Part shown: positions 47,990 to 60,555 of the stretch, one piece after another
Position numbering within the stretch: the first letter of the stretch is position 1
How the letters are laid out: the number at the start of each line of letters is the position of its first letter
DNA from: Eledone cirrhosa
Taxonomy: Eukaryota
Assembly: GCA_964016885.1 (NCBI GenBank)
Contig: OZ024744.1
Location: 64,480,001 to 64,544,000, forward strand
Length of the DNA: 64,000 bases
Direction of reading: 5' to 3'
Made by a program: the position numbers and the translations under genes
The notes under the pieces: generated by a model
The model's database searches: none
The model's input: only the letters and a program-made list of their open reading frames with translations
What the model was told of the DNA's origin: nothing

Positions 47990-48701
47990 CCAGAAATCTG
48001 TTCAAATTTTATATAACAGATGAAATGGTAAAAAAAAAAATCATTATGTAATGGAGTTATGAAACAAAAACTATACAGTTGTCTCCTGGTTTTTGCAGGG
48101 GTTATGTTCCTAGAGCACCCGCGAAGAGTGAAAAACCATGAATAACAAAAATGTCTATAAACGTCAAAACAATGTAAAATATAGGCTGGCAAATATGGTA
48201 TATATAAAATATCTCAAGAAACAATTGCTAGACAGATTTTATGGGCAAAACCAACCGAGGGGTAGACCCCCAAGCAAGATGATTGGATAACATCCATGAG
48301 CTTGGCTGGTCTCACTAGGGGATCCAGCCGGATTAGTTGGAGATGGCTGTTTCTAAAAGGACCTGTTGGAAAGTGTTTGAAGACTCTTCCCCCACGACCC
48401 TCACAGGATTAAGTGGACAGAGAAGAAGAAAATATTAAAACTTCATAAATATCTACAAAACCATGTCACCTAAACAATGTGTTGATTAGCTGCTTTGGTT
48501 TATACATGGGGCATGGATTTTTGCCCATTTCTAAGGCAGAATAGGGTGGGTGGGGGATGCCAGCTTATTTTCAAATCAGCTTATAGACGAACATAAAAGT
48601 AGACACTGTAGATACTTTAAAAATAAAATTTAATTATCAAAATTTTTAACTTACAAGGCATCTCCAGGAATGTAACCTTTTCTACGTAGAGGATTGCCTG
48701 T
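47990..48701. mobile_element. Nest of Tc1/pogo(Tigger)-like DNA-transposon remnants plus a family-B RTE fragment (48218-48430)
   Basis: TACAGTTGTCTCC..GCAGGGGTTATGTTCC (48074) and GGAATGTAACC..GCCTGTA (48701) resemble Tigger TIRs; 48020-48070 and 48430-48600 match 54190-54440 inverted. Confidence 0.45.
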
Positions 48702-49242
48702 AATAGAAAACATATATGAAATATAGGTTAAAATATTTAACTAATTAAATAGAAATAATTTAGTAATATAATATTAACATTAATAACAATAATGATAATG
48801 ATACAATAATGATTATGATAGTGATAATATTGGTGATAATAAAAAGAAGCAATATAATAATGGTTTCTGATTTAGGCACAAAGCCAACAATTATGGAAAA
48901 TCCATATCCTCAAACTGTTTTCGACTTGTCTATCATACAGCATCTTTCACTCTATCCATCAAATAGAGGAAATATCGCTACCATCCCTACCAAAGGAAGG
49001 TGGCAGTTACAATATTCACTACAAACTCAGCTGATAACTGGATCTGCCATTCATATGATAGCAACTGTTCGAAATATGCAATGCATGGACGTTTGGCACT
49101 AACATTTATGATGGTTTCATTGCCCTGCATGCAACTTCAACAAGTTTAGTTGTAATGTAAGCACTTCCATGTCAAAGAGTTTTGGAAGTTGTTCATAATC
49201 TCTCACCTGAAAGTCCCCAAAAGAATTTCTTCAGCCACAAGA

Positions 49243-49455
49243 ATGGTTTCTGATTTAGGCCCAAGTGCAGCAATTTTAGGGGAGGGAAAAGTCGATTAAA
49301 TCGACCCGTGTATTACTGGTGCTTTATTTTATTGACCCCGTAAGGATGACAGGCAAAGCTAACCTAGGCTGGATTTGAACTCAGAACGTAAAGGGCCGTA
49401 ACTCTATGCTACGAAGCATAGAGTTCGACGCTCTCTACCAATAGTGCCAATAATA
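49243..49455 (-). mobile_element. Main-family SINE, long subtype
   Basis: Contains the GGGGAGGGAAAAGTCGATTAAATCGACCC insert. Confidence 0.85.
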
Positions 49456-49929
49456 ATGATAAATACTATAGGCACAAGGACAGCAATTTGGGGACTTTGT
49501 CGGATGCTCTATCGATGATATTAATAACTAAACTGCTGGACATCAACATTACTTATGTTTCATCTGGGAGAGGGAGGTAAGTTTTTGTCCTATTTTGCAT
49601 ATTTAAAACAACCACGATTGGTCAAAAATAACATCATTGGCTTCAATAACGGACCAGGAAAACACTGGAAAAGCCACATATATTTTTCACATGGAACAGA
49701 CTCTTGGTGACCATACCAAAGTTTATCTTTTCCTAACTTCCCGAAAAATTTCAAAATGGCCAGTGTAAATTTTAAGGCGAAAATGAAAATAGTATTTGAA
49801 GTTATTCAATTTATTTGTATACTGATAATGAGTGCGTCTGTGAAACATATATATATATACACCAGGTCCGAACACAAAGGAACCAAACTCCCACTGTCAC
49901 TGCTTCCGTCTCTCTCGCTATTGTGCGAA

Positions 49930-50175
49930 AATGGGCGCTCACGAGCCGGCTGCCCCGCGACCCCAGCGGACGGAATAGAGAAGGCGTTTTTCTGGAGGAT
50001 GGTGAGGGAGACACACTGGAAGAGCAGCCATTCCAGCTTGCGAGGTTCACACCTGCGGGTGGCCAACTATGTGCTGATGGTGGTGTGTAGGGAGGTGGCC
50101 CCTAGGGCCAAGGATACCAGAACAGAAGTCTCTCTCTACTGTTACGAGCTCGAGCGCAAACCTGTCGGAGTGCGA
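49930..50175 (-). mobile_element. CRE-like non-LTR element C-terminal remnant
   Basis: GILGPRAT..RRCEPRKLEWLLFQCVSLTILQKNAFSI; homologous to 57615-57880. Confidence 0.65.
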
Positions 50176-50279
50176 CCGATATTTGGAGAGGTTAGATGTG
50201 AACATGTCTACTGGATGGATGCTAGTAGCAATAACAACAGGTTGAAATTAGCCATATGGATACAGAAGAACAAGAGAAC

Positions 50280-50654
50280 AGACAAAAAACAAACACACAA
50301 CACAACACAACACAACACAACACAACACAACACCCTGTTGTTATGGCTACAAAACTTAACCGAGACAAAACACAACACCCACGCGTCTATTACCACTACT
50401 GCCACTAACTCCGTCGACACCAACAACAACAACACTATCACCACCACTGCAGCACCAACAAAAATAAATAAACAAAAATGTTAAAAGCACGTGGAGAAAC
50501 TGTTGCTACTTTTACTAGCAATGCAATGATAAATCGAGTAGCAACAACTCCACAGCTACCACCAGTACCACCACCAGTACAACAACAAAAGAAAACATTA
50601 CAAGGACAGTAGTACCATCTATGATAATGACCTGTAACAAAATAAAAGTTACAA

Positions 50655-50689
<35 letters not shown>

Positions 50690-50700
50690 ACAACAACAAT
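50280..50700. repeat. Low-complexity (ACAAC)n, (AAC)n, (ACC)n and (GCAACA)n tract
   Basis: Directly visible; it generates the poly-Cys and Val-Ala ORFs. Confidence 0.85.
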
Positions 50701-51243
50701 TATTTCTACTTTTGGCACAAGGCCGGTAATTATCCCAGTGCATTACTGGTACTTTATTTTATCGACTCCGTAAGGATGAAAGGCAAAGTTAACCTAGGCG
50801 GGATTTGAACTCAGAATGGCAAGGGCCGTAACTCTATGCGTCAAAGCATGGCGTCCGACCGTCTACCGATACTGCCAATCCACCAATAATAATTGTTTCT
50901 ACTAGAGGCACAAGGCCAGCAATTTCGGGGAAGGAGAAAGTCGGTTAAATTGATTCCAGTACATTACTGGTACTTTGTTTTATCGATCCCGTAAGGATGA
51001 AAGGCAAAATTAACTTCAGCGGGATTTGAACTCAGAACGTAAAGGGCCGTAACACTATGCCGTAAAGCATGGTATCCGACGCTCTACCGATATTGCCAAT
51101 AATAATTGTTTCTACTTTTGGCACAAGGCCAGCAATTATCCCAGTGTATTACTGGTACTTTATTTTATCTACTCCGTAAGGATGAAAGGCAAAGCTAACC
51201 TTGGCGGGATTTGAACTCAGAACGCAAAGGATCGTAACTATGC
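50698..51243 (-). mobile_element. Three head-to-tail main-family SINEs (short, long, short/truncated)
   Basis: Tails ATT(A/G)TTTCTAC at ~50699, 50892 and 51105. Confidence 0.92.
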
Positions 51244-51299
51244 CGCTGGATATGAGAGTGTCTGAAATGTACTCAATTACCAGACAATGTAATTAGGTT

Positions 51300-52530
51300 T
51301 ATAGAAAGATGACCAGCTGGAAAACAGTTAATTCCTGTGGTGGAACAGGTTCTGTTAACATACAAAAGGGTATATTTCAGGGAGACAACAGTTGGACACC
51401 ACTCTTATTTGTCACCTGCATGACCTCGCCTGACCCAAGTTCTTAGAATAGTGAAAATGGGATATGTGGTAGACGGTATTAAGATCAAACATCTGTTATT
51501 CCAGGAGGATTTAAAGTTATTTGCGGGAAAAGAGGATGAAATTGACAGCTTAACATCTACTGTAAACATGTTTAGTTAGAATATTGGGATGGTGTTTGGA
51601 ATTTTTAAAAGTGGTGTTGTAACCCTGAAACCCTAACAAAGAGTAGAAGGATTGAGCTTCCAAATGGCCAAACTTTTAAGAAATGGGAGAAGAACGATAC
51701 AAGTATTTGGGAGTCTATGAGTTGGATAAGATCAAAGAGAAAGAAATGAAGGAGGTCTTCCAAAAAGAATACCTCAGGTAGGTTAATTGAATGGAAGGAA
51801 TAAAATCAAGGCAACGAATACCTGGGTTGTATCTATCTCATGTGCTATGAAGCAGAAGTTATTAAATGAAGGAAAGGTGGATTGGAAAGTATTGATAGGA
51901 AAACTAGGAAATTAATGACAGTACATAAAGAATTCCATCCAAAGAGGTAGAAGACTAATAAGTTGTGAACATTGTGTCAAAAACGAAGTATGAGACCTTG
52001 ACACATGGAAATCTGCTGAATCTGTACCACCTAATAAATACAAGGGAGTGTAAAAAGAACTTGAAAAGGAATGGAAGGATAAACTATTGCATGATCAGTA
52101 CACTAGAGATAAAGTAGGCACTGATTGGGAAAAGAGCTGGTTGTGGCTTTAAAATGGTGATCTGAATGGATGCATTGAAGCTCAGGTGTGCAGCGCCCAG
52201 GAGCAGACCCTTTGAACTAACTACATTAAACATCATTTTGACAAAACAATAAAAATCATCATTATGTGTGGAACAGGAGAAATGGTCAGCCATATTGTAA
52301 TCGAATGTGTTAAGTTGGCACAGTGAGAGTATAAAAGACAACATGACAGTGTTGCCAGATATATCGATTGGATGATATCTGAGAAATGTGGGTTTGTCAG
52401 AGCAACTAAATGAATATGAGCAGAGACCAGAAATGGTGTTAGAGAAGGATGAATTTAAGCTTTTCTAAGAGTTCACCATTCATTGTGATAGATTAAGGCA
52501 AGAAGACCAAACATTTTAGTTGTAAACAAA
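51300..52530 (+). mobile_element. Decayed R4/Dong-like element: RT domain to endonuclease
   Basis: HLLFQEDLKLFAG (degenerate YMDDLKL), YKYLGV, LNGRNKIKATNTW, IDRKTRKLMT, AQEQTL, EYKRQHD. Confidence 0.85.
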
Positions 52531-52544
52531 ACAAAACAAAAAAA

Positions 52545-53502
52545 AATTGGACCGAAGAAGAAATAGAGAAGTTGGTTAGGCTAACACATAAAAAAATGGT
52601 TGACACGGTGCCTTAAACCCAAAGAGAAATGTCGTAAGGTTATGTACACCGCGGAATGTAGGAGGTTGAGGTTGAGGACTTTTAAGACTGCATGGCTAAT
52701 GAATGCAAGTCCTTAGAGTCGTATGTAGACAGTAGTAAAAAATAACTTTTAAGGTGTTGCCAATAGCAGCGGCCTATGCATTGAAACAACTGAAAGTAAA
52801 GAAAATTACTAACAGAAACTGCTGGCTGAGAAACTGAGTTGAAGGAAGAGTGTGGAATTACTTTGAAAGAAGTAAAAGTAGGATTCATGGGTTGAGAAAA
52901 GGTGATCTTAAGGAAAGACAGAAAGTTTACTAATAGCTGCTCAACATCAAACACTAAACACAAACACGATAAGGAATATATATAACCCAGATGAAACGAA
53001 TAAGTGTAGGTTATGAGGAAAGAAAGTGGAAAGTGTGATATACATCGTGAGTGTCTATGTCATGCTTGCACAGAAGGAGTATAAAAGGCGTCATGATAAA
53101 GTGTGCTTACACCTCCATTGGTCTTTATGCAAGAAGTATGGGGTTGCAACCACTAAGAAATGGTATCAGCATAAACTAGAGAAGGTCCGAGAAAATCAAA
53201 ATGTGAAACACTTGTGGGACTTTACAATCCAGACATTGCTAGACATAACTTTGGTGGAGGAAGGTATTGAAAAGGAGGTGTTTGTTGATAAATGTAGCTT
53301 GCCTAAAGAAAACGAGAAAATCGTAAAGTATACAGGCTTGAGAGTAGATGTCTAGAGATTGTGGAATATGAAAACAAGGGTGGTACAATAGTGATTGGAG
53401 CACTTGGGTCAATGACAGAAACCCTCCAGAAAAACCTAAATAGAATTGGAACCAGTCCCTGCATTACGACATTTCAGAAAACAACACTTTTGGGAACAGC
53501 AC
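52545..53502 (+). mobile_element. Second R4/Dong-like fragment reaching the ORF end
   Basis: LAQKEYKRRHDKVCLHLHWSLCKKY..LWDFTIQT..KENEKIVKY..IVIGALGS..FQKTTLLGTA. Confidence 0.85.
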
Positions 53503-53574
53503 CCCCTCACGCACACAAACCTATTCACAAATACACACACACAAATATGTTCACACACACTTATCCAATATGTA

Positions 53575-54185
53575 AATCTCTACATTTTTTATACTGCAGA
53601 AAAGGAGTAGACATAAACTCTATACAATGTACACAATGCAAATATTGTATACGCAAGAGGTGTAATGCGGTAGCAGGCTGACTAACAGGAAAGGAAGACT
53701 TGGTATGTACTAGATGCACAGGGAAGAGCGTGAGTGATATAAACCTTTTTTTCCAAATGCATCGAGGATCTGTCATCTGATGGTCCTTATAGAAACTAGG
53801 TGTAGAAGAATGGCTTGCAAGAGTAGTGTAAGCTATGCACAGAAGAGCTGTCAGTAAAGTGAGAGCAAGTTGTGACTTTAGCGAGGAATTCAAAGTACAG
53901 GTGGGAATGCATCAGGACACGGTTCTGAGCCCATTATAGTCCTTCAGGCCATAACAGAACAGTTTAAGACTAAGGGGATTCCTTTATGATGATCTGCTTC
54001 TTATATAGCTGAATCTGTGGAAGAGCTAGAGAATAAATCTCGATTATGGAAACAGAACCTAGAATAAAAAGGATTCTGAAAGTAAATTTAGCAAAAACTA
54101 AAGTGTTAAGAAATAAATAAGAAAGAAAATAAGTCTCCGATTCCATCAGGGAAGTGTCCTTGCTCAATATGCAGAAAAGGAGTAT
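53575..54185 (+). mobile_element. Two RTE RT fragments in non-colinear order
   Basis: CRKGVDINSIQCTQC..RKRC..CTRC precedes KLGVEEWL..FKVQVGMHQDTVLSP..VNLAKTKVL, the reverse of their order in an intact element. Confidence 0.8.
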
Positions 54186-54849
54186 CATATAAACTTGAAT
54201 TGAATATAAGTCCCCACCCTATTTTATGTCTGAGAAATGGGCAAAAATCCAAACCCAGTTTATAAGCCGAAGCAGCTAATTAACACATTATTATTAGATG
54301 GAATAGCTTTGAAATTCTCATGAGTATAAAATATCTTTATGAAGTTTTACTATTTTGATATTTAAAATGTTTTAAATGTCGTTTAGAGTATAGTTTGTTT
54401 TACAACTCCATTACGTAATGATTTTTACCATTTCATCCATTTTATAGTTTCAACTAGTTACTCAAATTTTTGTTTACTTCCGACCACTCACATGCTGGGA
54501 GTATTTGAAAGCATGAGATTGAATAAGAGAATTGTGTATAGTGTAGAAGAGGGAGGGGAAGGATTGACAGAAGTGAAAGAGAAAAAACAGAGAGAGAGCA
54601 ATAAAACAAGTCAGAAGTAAGATTTCAATCTTACGTAATATTGAAAGAATAAGTATTAAATCAAAGAAAAACAGTCGGCATGTGTGTGTGTGTGTATGGG
54701 ATATCTATATATTAAAACGCTCAAATAAACATTTGTTGAAAACATTTGTATAAATAACACTAATGACGATGTGGTAAAAAAAAACAAAAAACTGTTTCAC
54801 TGTAAAATAAATCATTCAGAATATTTTTGCACCTTATTTAGATGACATG

Positions 54850-54963
54850 GGCGTGGCTTAATGGTTAGAGAGTTGGGTTTGCAATCGTGAGGTTGTGAGT
54901 TCAATTCTCGGACCTAGTGATACGTTGTGTCCTTGAGCAAGACACTTTATTTCGCGTTGCTCC
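54850..54963 (+). mobile_element. tRNA-derived SINE head with GTGTCCTTGAGCAAGACACTTT core, interrupted
   Basis: A-box TGGCTTAATGG, B-box GAGTTCAATTC; related copy at 56008-56118. Confidence 0.75.
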
Positions 54964-55229
54964 TTCTGCCAGAAGTTGCGACCGGTTGATAGTATCAGCA
55001 ATGGAAAGACTAATAGAAACATTGTTTCTTTGATCCGATTTGACGAGGTCCACCACACTTGGCAAGCGAATGAGGTCTGGGATCTTGCTGACCGATGAGA
55101 GTGAGAGCAATTTAGAAAGAATTTAAAGTTGGTGAAAATCTTGCAACATATGACCTCGAATATAATCTGATGCCTCATTTTACCATTGATTCTTTTGTAA
55201 GTAGAAACTCTATACATGTACGCAATGCA

Positions 55230-55795
55230 AATCTAACAGGAAATGAAGAAGACTTTTATATGTAATAGATGTATGTTACCTTTTTCAATCCCAGGTAGGG
55301 TTCACGGAAATGGTTGATTGATAGCTTTTGCTACCTAGGTGATATAATTAGCAGTGGAAGGAGCTCTGAGAGCATAGTAAGTACAATAAGAACAGGATAG
55401 CCCCCTGCTGACAACAAACATTTTCTTACTTCTGTGTGTGAAGTGCAATGCTGCATGGTAGTGGGATATGAACAATGAATGCTGAAGACATGTGAAGGTT
55501 GGAGGGAAAGGAAACTAGCATGCTTTGATGGATGTGCAATATTAATGTGCGTGAATGACAAAGCACAGATGAACTGAGAGAAAAACTGGGTACAAAGGTT
55601 GTAATGTGCAAGAACGAAGATTGTGCTGGTATGGACATGTGATGCATATGGACAATTATTGTTTGGTGAAGAAGTTCCAGAAAATCCCAGTAGTAGGAAG
55701 TCGTGAGAGCTGATCTCAAATTGCCGAAGCTAAGGATCGTGTCAAGTGGGGAACGATTGCAAGCATTCAAAGGTAGATGTAAAATGATGATGACG
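55230..55795 (+). mobile_element. Decayed RTE RT C-terminal fragment
   Basis: FCYLGDIISSG..SAMLHGS..WMCNINVRE.QSTDELREKLG..WYGHVMHM; (GAT)n tail. Confidence 0.8.
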
Positions 55796-55874
55796 ATATA
55801 CCATTGTCATACTCAGACATCAGAATTCTATTCATATTTTGCATATTTATCATATGTATGTATATACATTTTTT

Positions 55875-55923
<49 letters not shown>

Positions 55924-56007
55924 TATGTGTGTGTGAATTTATGTATTTTTTGTGGAATTCAAAAAGCAGTAATACCATCAACACCACTAACAACAATATA
56001 CAACAGC

Positions 56008-56305
56008 AAGCATTGGGCTTGCAATCGAAAGGTTGTGAGTTCAATTCTCAGACCGGGTGTGTGTTGAGCAAGACACTTTATTTCACATTGCTCCAGTTTA
56101 CTCAGCTGTAGAAATGAGATGATAGGGACTGGGGTCCCTATCATTCCACTGCAGAGTGGTCGTGGAGGTGCCACGGCAAAAAAGCACCCAGCACTCACTG
56201 TAAATGGGGTTGGTGTTAGGAAGGGCATCCAGCTGTAGAAATCAAGCCAGAATCAGTTCCCGTCCCACCCTTGCAAGCAGGGAAAGGCGGATGTAAAATG
56301 TAAAA
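56008..56305 (+). mobile_element. SINE head joined to an RTE family C 3'UTR and a family D tail
   Basis: 56008-56118 tRNA head/core; 56145-56258 matches the 38233-38395 UTR; 56259-56305 matches the 41603 tail. Confidence 0.7.
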
Positions 56306-56648
56306 TGAAACACCAATAACAACAACACCCAACAACAACATTATCAATATCAACACCAACACCAACATGGACATCACTAACATCAGTACCAACAACCCCA
56401 ACAACACCAATACCAACAATGAAAACAACCCCAACAATACCGGCATCACCAATACTAACAATACTAACAATGATAACAATTCTGTCACACTAAGCACAAT
56501 ACCTATAAAATATAAAAAAGTCATCCCTACACTTGACTGGCCAGCCCCTCCTCCTTGGTGTCATTGCTGTCATCTTTACCCCTTCAACACACCCCTTTCT
56601 TTTATCACCATTAGCTCTTTTTCAAATTCAATAAAACTAACTTTTTAA

Positions 56649-57062
56649 GGGCGGTGGTTTGCAGTATCGGTAGAGCATCGGACAACGATTTATGGCACAG
56701 GGTTATGTCCCTTTACAATCTCAGTTCAAATCCTACCGGGGTTAGCTTTTCCTTTCATCATTAGGGGGGGGGGTCCATTTAATCGGCTTTCCCCTCCCGC
56801 AAAATTGTGGACAATGTGCCTAAACTTTTTCAACTGAATGTTTATCTACAGAACTTGTCCCCACCCCTCTACATTTCCTTTTACCATTTTTTTTTTTGGA
56901 TTTTCTTGATTTTATGTTAAAATTTCAAATTAGCAGTTTCAGTAAAGCGACGCACAAGCTTTGCTACATGTAGTTACCTCCCCTTACATTCCGAGTTCAA
57001 ATCCCAGCGAAGTTAGCTTTTCCTTTCGTCCTTACAGGGCCGATAATATAAAGTAGCAGTAA
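56649..57062 (+). mobile_element. Two diverged main-family SINE copies (56649-56825, 56965-57062)
   Basis: GGGCGGTGGTTTGCAGTATCGGTAGAG head; B-boxes AGTTCAAATCC; followed by a MITE fragment at 57063-57120. Confidence 0.7.
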
Positions 57063-57614
57063 AGCATTTAAACCGGCCATATCCTGCCAGAATTCTCTCA
57101 CTTCTTTCTGTTCAAACCAGTGTTTTTAGTGACAACACATATTATTCAAAAAGTTTTGTCTATTAAATTAGAGAAGAGCCAGTCGTTCTGCATGTCTTAA
57201 ATAACCAGTATTTATGAAAAGCTGTGAAAAAGTGATGGTGATGATTTCGTTATTGGTCACAAGGGCCTGCATACAGGGAACAATACAATAAGACAGGGAC
57301 AGTAGGGGGTTTACAATGAAATCGAGTAAAAACAAATTTACAAAAACATTAAAAGCTACAATAAAAATCCCTCAGTAGGGTGGGGGGGGGAGGGAAGAAC
57401 CGAGGGGCGACTCAGGTACCTGATTTAGGCAGGAAGCCAACAATTTTGGGTGAGGGTAAAGTCAATTAAATTGATCCTAGTGCATTATTGGTAATTTATT
57501 TTATCCAACCCCGTAAAAGAGAAGGGGGAGGACGGAAAAAGAAAGAGTTAGTATGGACAATAGCCACAATAGATCTTCAGCAGAAATTATTATATAGTTA
57601 CAGTAAAGTCTACA

Positions 57615-57880
57615 GAGTTGAAGCCATGACTTTCATGTCTAAACTCTCCAAATACCGGCCGCTGTCCGACAGGTTTGCGGTCGTACCCTTGGCAGTGGAG
57701 ACTTCTGGTGTCCTCGGCCCTAGGGCTACCTACCTACTCACCACCATAGGCGCTGAGCTGGACAGCCGCAGGTGTGAGCCTCGCGAGTTGGAATGGCTCT
57801 TCCAGCGCATCTCCCTTACCATCCTCCGGGAAAACACCTTCTCCATTCTGTCCACTGGGGCTGTGTGGAGGCCATCAATA
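57615..57880 (+). mobile_element. CRE-like non-LTR element, restriction-like endonuclease C-terminus
   Basis: KLSKY..RFAVVPLAVETSGVLGPRA..WLFQRISLTILREN matches the CRE-clade pattern KxxKY..FxPxAVETxGxxG..LFQRISxxIxRGN. Confidence 0.7.
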
Positions 57881-58099
57881 TGATTACTTAATCCTATCGT
57901 TAACATATAGAAATTACGATATATTCCTAGATTGAGCTCTTTACATGGACACTTCTTCAGTCATACCAAGATGTGGGGGGGGGGGGGGGGGGGTACAAAA
58001 GTGCCATGTGTATGATGGTGTGTGTGTGTGTGTCCGGGCACGCGTGGTTTGTCATTTTTTGTTACTTATTTTTGGTGCAAACCTTGTTTTCTCTAATAG

Positions 58100-58350
58100 A
58101 AATAGATCGATAGACAGGCATACAGATGGCTGATAGATAGATGATAGACAAACAGACTGATATAGATAGACAGACAGCGGTGACAGATCGGTAGATGAAA
58201 AATAGGTTGATAGAATGAGAGGGAGAGAATTTTTTTTTAATTTTGACACTATCTATCTATCTATCTATCTATGTATCTATGTATCTATGTATCTATGTAT
58301 CTATGTATGTATGTATGTATGTATGTATGCATGCATGCGTGCGTGCGTGT
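58100..58350. repeat. Compound tetranucleotide microsatellites (GATA/GACA, then CTAT>GTAT>GCAT>GCGT)
   Basis: Directly visible. Confidence 0.9.
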
Positions 58351-58587
58351 TCATTTTAAATATACATTTATTAAAATGTACACAAATCCACTAGCATACA
58401 TAAATATACATATATATATATAACACATACAACTTTCTAATTACCATATTTCTCACCATGATATACTCTCACCAACCACACAACTCTGATGCAACATATA
58501 GTTCGCAAAATCTCTTATAATTATAAAAATCTTGTTCCATTCCTTTGATTTTTTTTTTTTCACCCTAGATAGTGGTGGTCCTTATTT

Positions 58588-59205
58588 GGGTGGTTGCATT
58601 GGCAGTATCGGTCGGACATAATGCTTCGCCGCATAGAGTTACGACCATTTACGTTCTGAGTTCAAATCCCGCCGAGGTTAGCTTTACCTCTCATCCTTAC
58701 GGAGTCGACAAAATAAAGTACCAGTAGCGCACTGGGGTCGATTTAATCGACTTTCTCCCCTCCCCCCAAATTGCTGGCATCGTGCCTTTAATAGAAGTCA
58801 TTATTAATAAGGGCGGTAGATTGGCAGTATCGGTAGAGAGTCGGACGCCATGCTTTCCAGCATAGTTACGTCCCTTTACGATCTGAGTTCAAATCCCGCC
58901 GAGGTTGACTTTGCCTTTCATCCTTACACGGGAGTCGATAAAATAAAGTGCCAGTAATGCACTGGGTAATTGCTGGCCTTGTGCCTAAAGTAGAAACAAT
59001 TATTAATATTGGTGGATTGGCAATATCGATAGAGGGTCTGACGCCATGCTTTGCAGCATAGAGTTACGGTCCTTTATGGTCTGAGTTCAAATCCCGCCGA
59101 GGTCAACTTTGCCTTTCATCCTTACACGGGCGTCGATAAAATAAAGTACCAGTAATACACTGGCATAATTGCTGGCCTTGAGCCAAAAGTAGAAACAATT
59201 ATTAA
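58588..59205 (+). mobile_element. Three head-to-tail main-family SINEs (long, short, short)
   Basis: Heads TTGGCA(G/A)TATCG at ~58599, 58821 and 59018, separated by ATTATTAATA tails. Confidence 0.92.
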
Positions 59206-59734
59206 TATTCCTTACCAACAATTAACCCTCTCTACCCTGTTCTCCATATAAAACTATCATGTTACCTTCCTGAAATTACTGTCAATATGTAACTTTGCTT
59301 CGAACATAATTGTTGTATGTGTTTGTATATGTATATTAAAAATATTCAAAACAAATACATCGCCGTTATACCACAGCCTCCACTTACCTGCCACCACTAT
59401 CACCCTAATCAGAACCTCCCGACAAAATACTACTGGCAACACCCCCATCGCCCAACAGAATACCAGCATCACCTCCACCAAACAATAATACCACTGCAAC
59501 AAACACCTAACAGAATACCACTACTACCACCATCATCACAACTATAAAATATACTACGGTCGGTATTGCAATCATAACCCCCCACCCCCACCAACACCAA
59601 TCATTATCACATCTATCCAACAAAATAACATCACCACTATCACAACCATCCATTAGAATACCACCCTCAACACCCACCTCATATCTAACCCCTTTATCTA
59701 TTTTGTGCACCTTGATAATTTATTTTATTTTAAC

Positions 59735-60369
59735 ATATAAATTTGTGATATTCATAATTTTTAATCGTTTTTCTTTTCCTTTTGTGAAAGTTTCATGATT
59801 TTCAAAAGTTAAGAAATATTGAGTTTAATGCAAAAGAAAAAAAAAAAAAGCTGATTGCTATGTTTGAAGTACAATTTGATAGGTGGAGGGGATCACGTGA
59901 TTAGGCATTGAATGTTGTGCTAATTTCGCGCCAAAAATACGGGAGTGTCATGGTTCTTTCAGTTTTATGCAGAAGGGTGGCTCAAATTGTTTATCTGCTT
60001 AAAAAGTAATCTGTTAGGCTGAGGATGATCACGTGATATGGTGGTCTTTTCATGTTAAAAATAAAAATGGAGTGTCATGGTTTAGTGAATATGGACAGTG
60101 GCAATTCATATTTATTTTTCGTATGTTATGTAGTCAATTCAATACCTAATCACGTGATCTTGTTCAACCTTTCAAATTGCACTTCAAACATATAGCAATT
60201 TGAGTCACATTTTTGGCATAAAACTGAAAGAAATTCCCAACACCAGTTAGATGCGGGTTACACGTCGGCATAGCAACACATCTCTCAATCTCTTTTAACG
60301 TTTGAAAATCATGAAACTTGTGAAACCGACACAATTTATAAATTGTTGTAAATAAACCTTGCATGTTTA

Positions 60370-60437
<68 letters not shown>

Positions 60438-60518
60438 GTCTGTGTATGAAGTTAAACATGAAAGGTTTATTTACAACAATTTATAAATTGTGTCGGTTTT
60501 ACAAGTTTCATGATTTTC

Positions 60519-60519
<1 letters not shown>
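59735..60519. mobile_element. Foldback-like element with imperfect long inverted arms, three ATCACGTGAT sites and a secondary inverted duplication around (TA)n
   Basis: 59790-59912 is approximately the reverse complement of 60137-60317; 60303-60373 is nearly the exact reverse complement of 60449-60519. Confidence 0.65.

Positions 60520-60555
<36 letters not shown>

Noticed and set aside
48890-49232. Minus-strand exon after TTTCAG (VRDYEQLPKLFDMEV...)
   Set aside because: Stops after 29 codons with no donor or recognisable homology; more likely an unclassified dispersed repeat.
49756-50484. 242-aa ORF
   Set aside because: A mosaic of a DNA-transposon-like end, antisense CRE remnant and (ACAAC)n/(AAC)n low-complexity sequence.
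24362-59205. tRNA genes
   Set aside because: A/B boxes belong to SINE heads that continue into a shared core and tail; no complete cloverleaf was seen.
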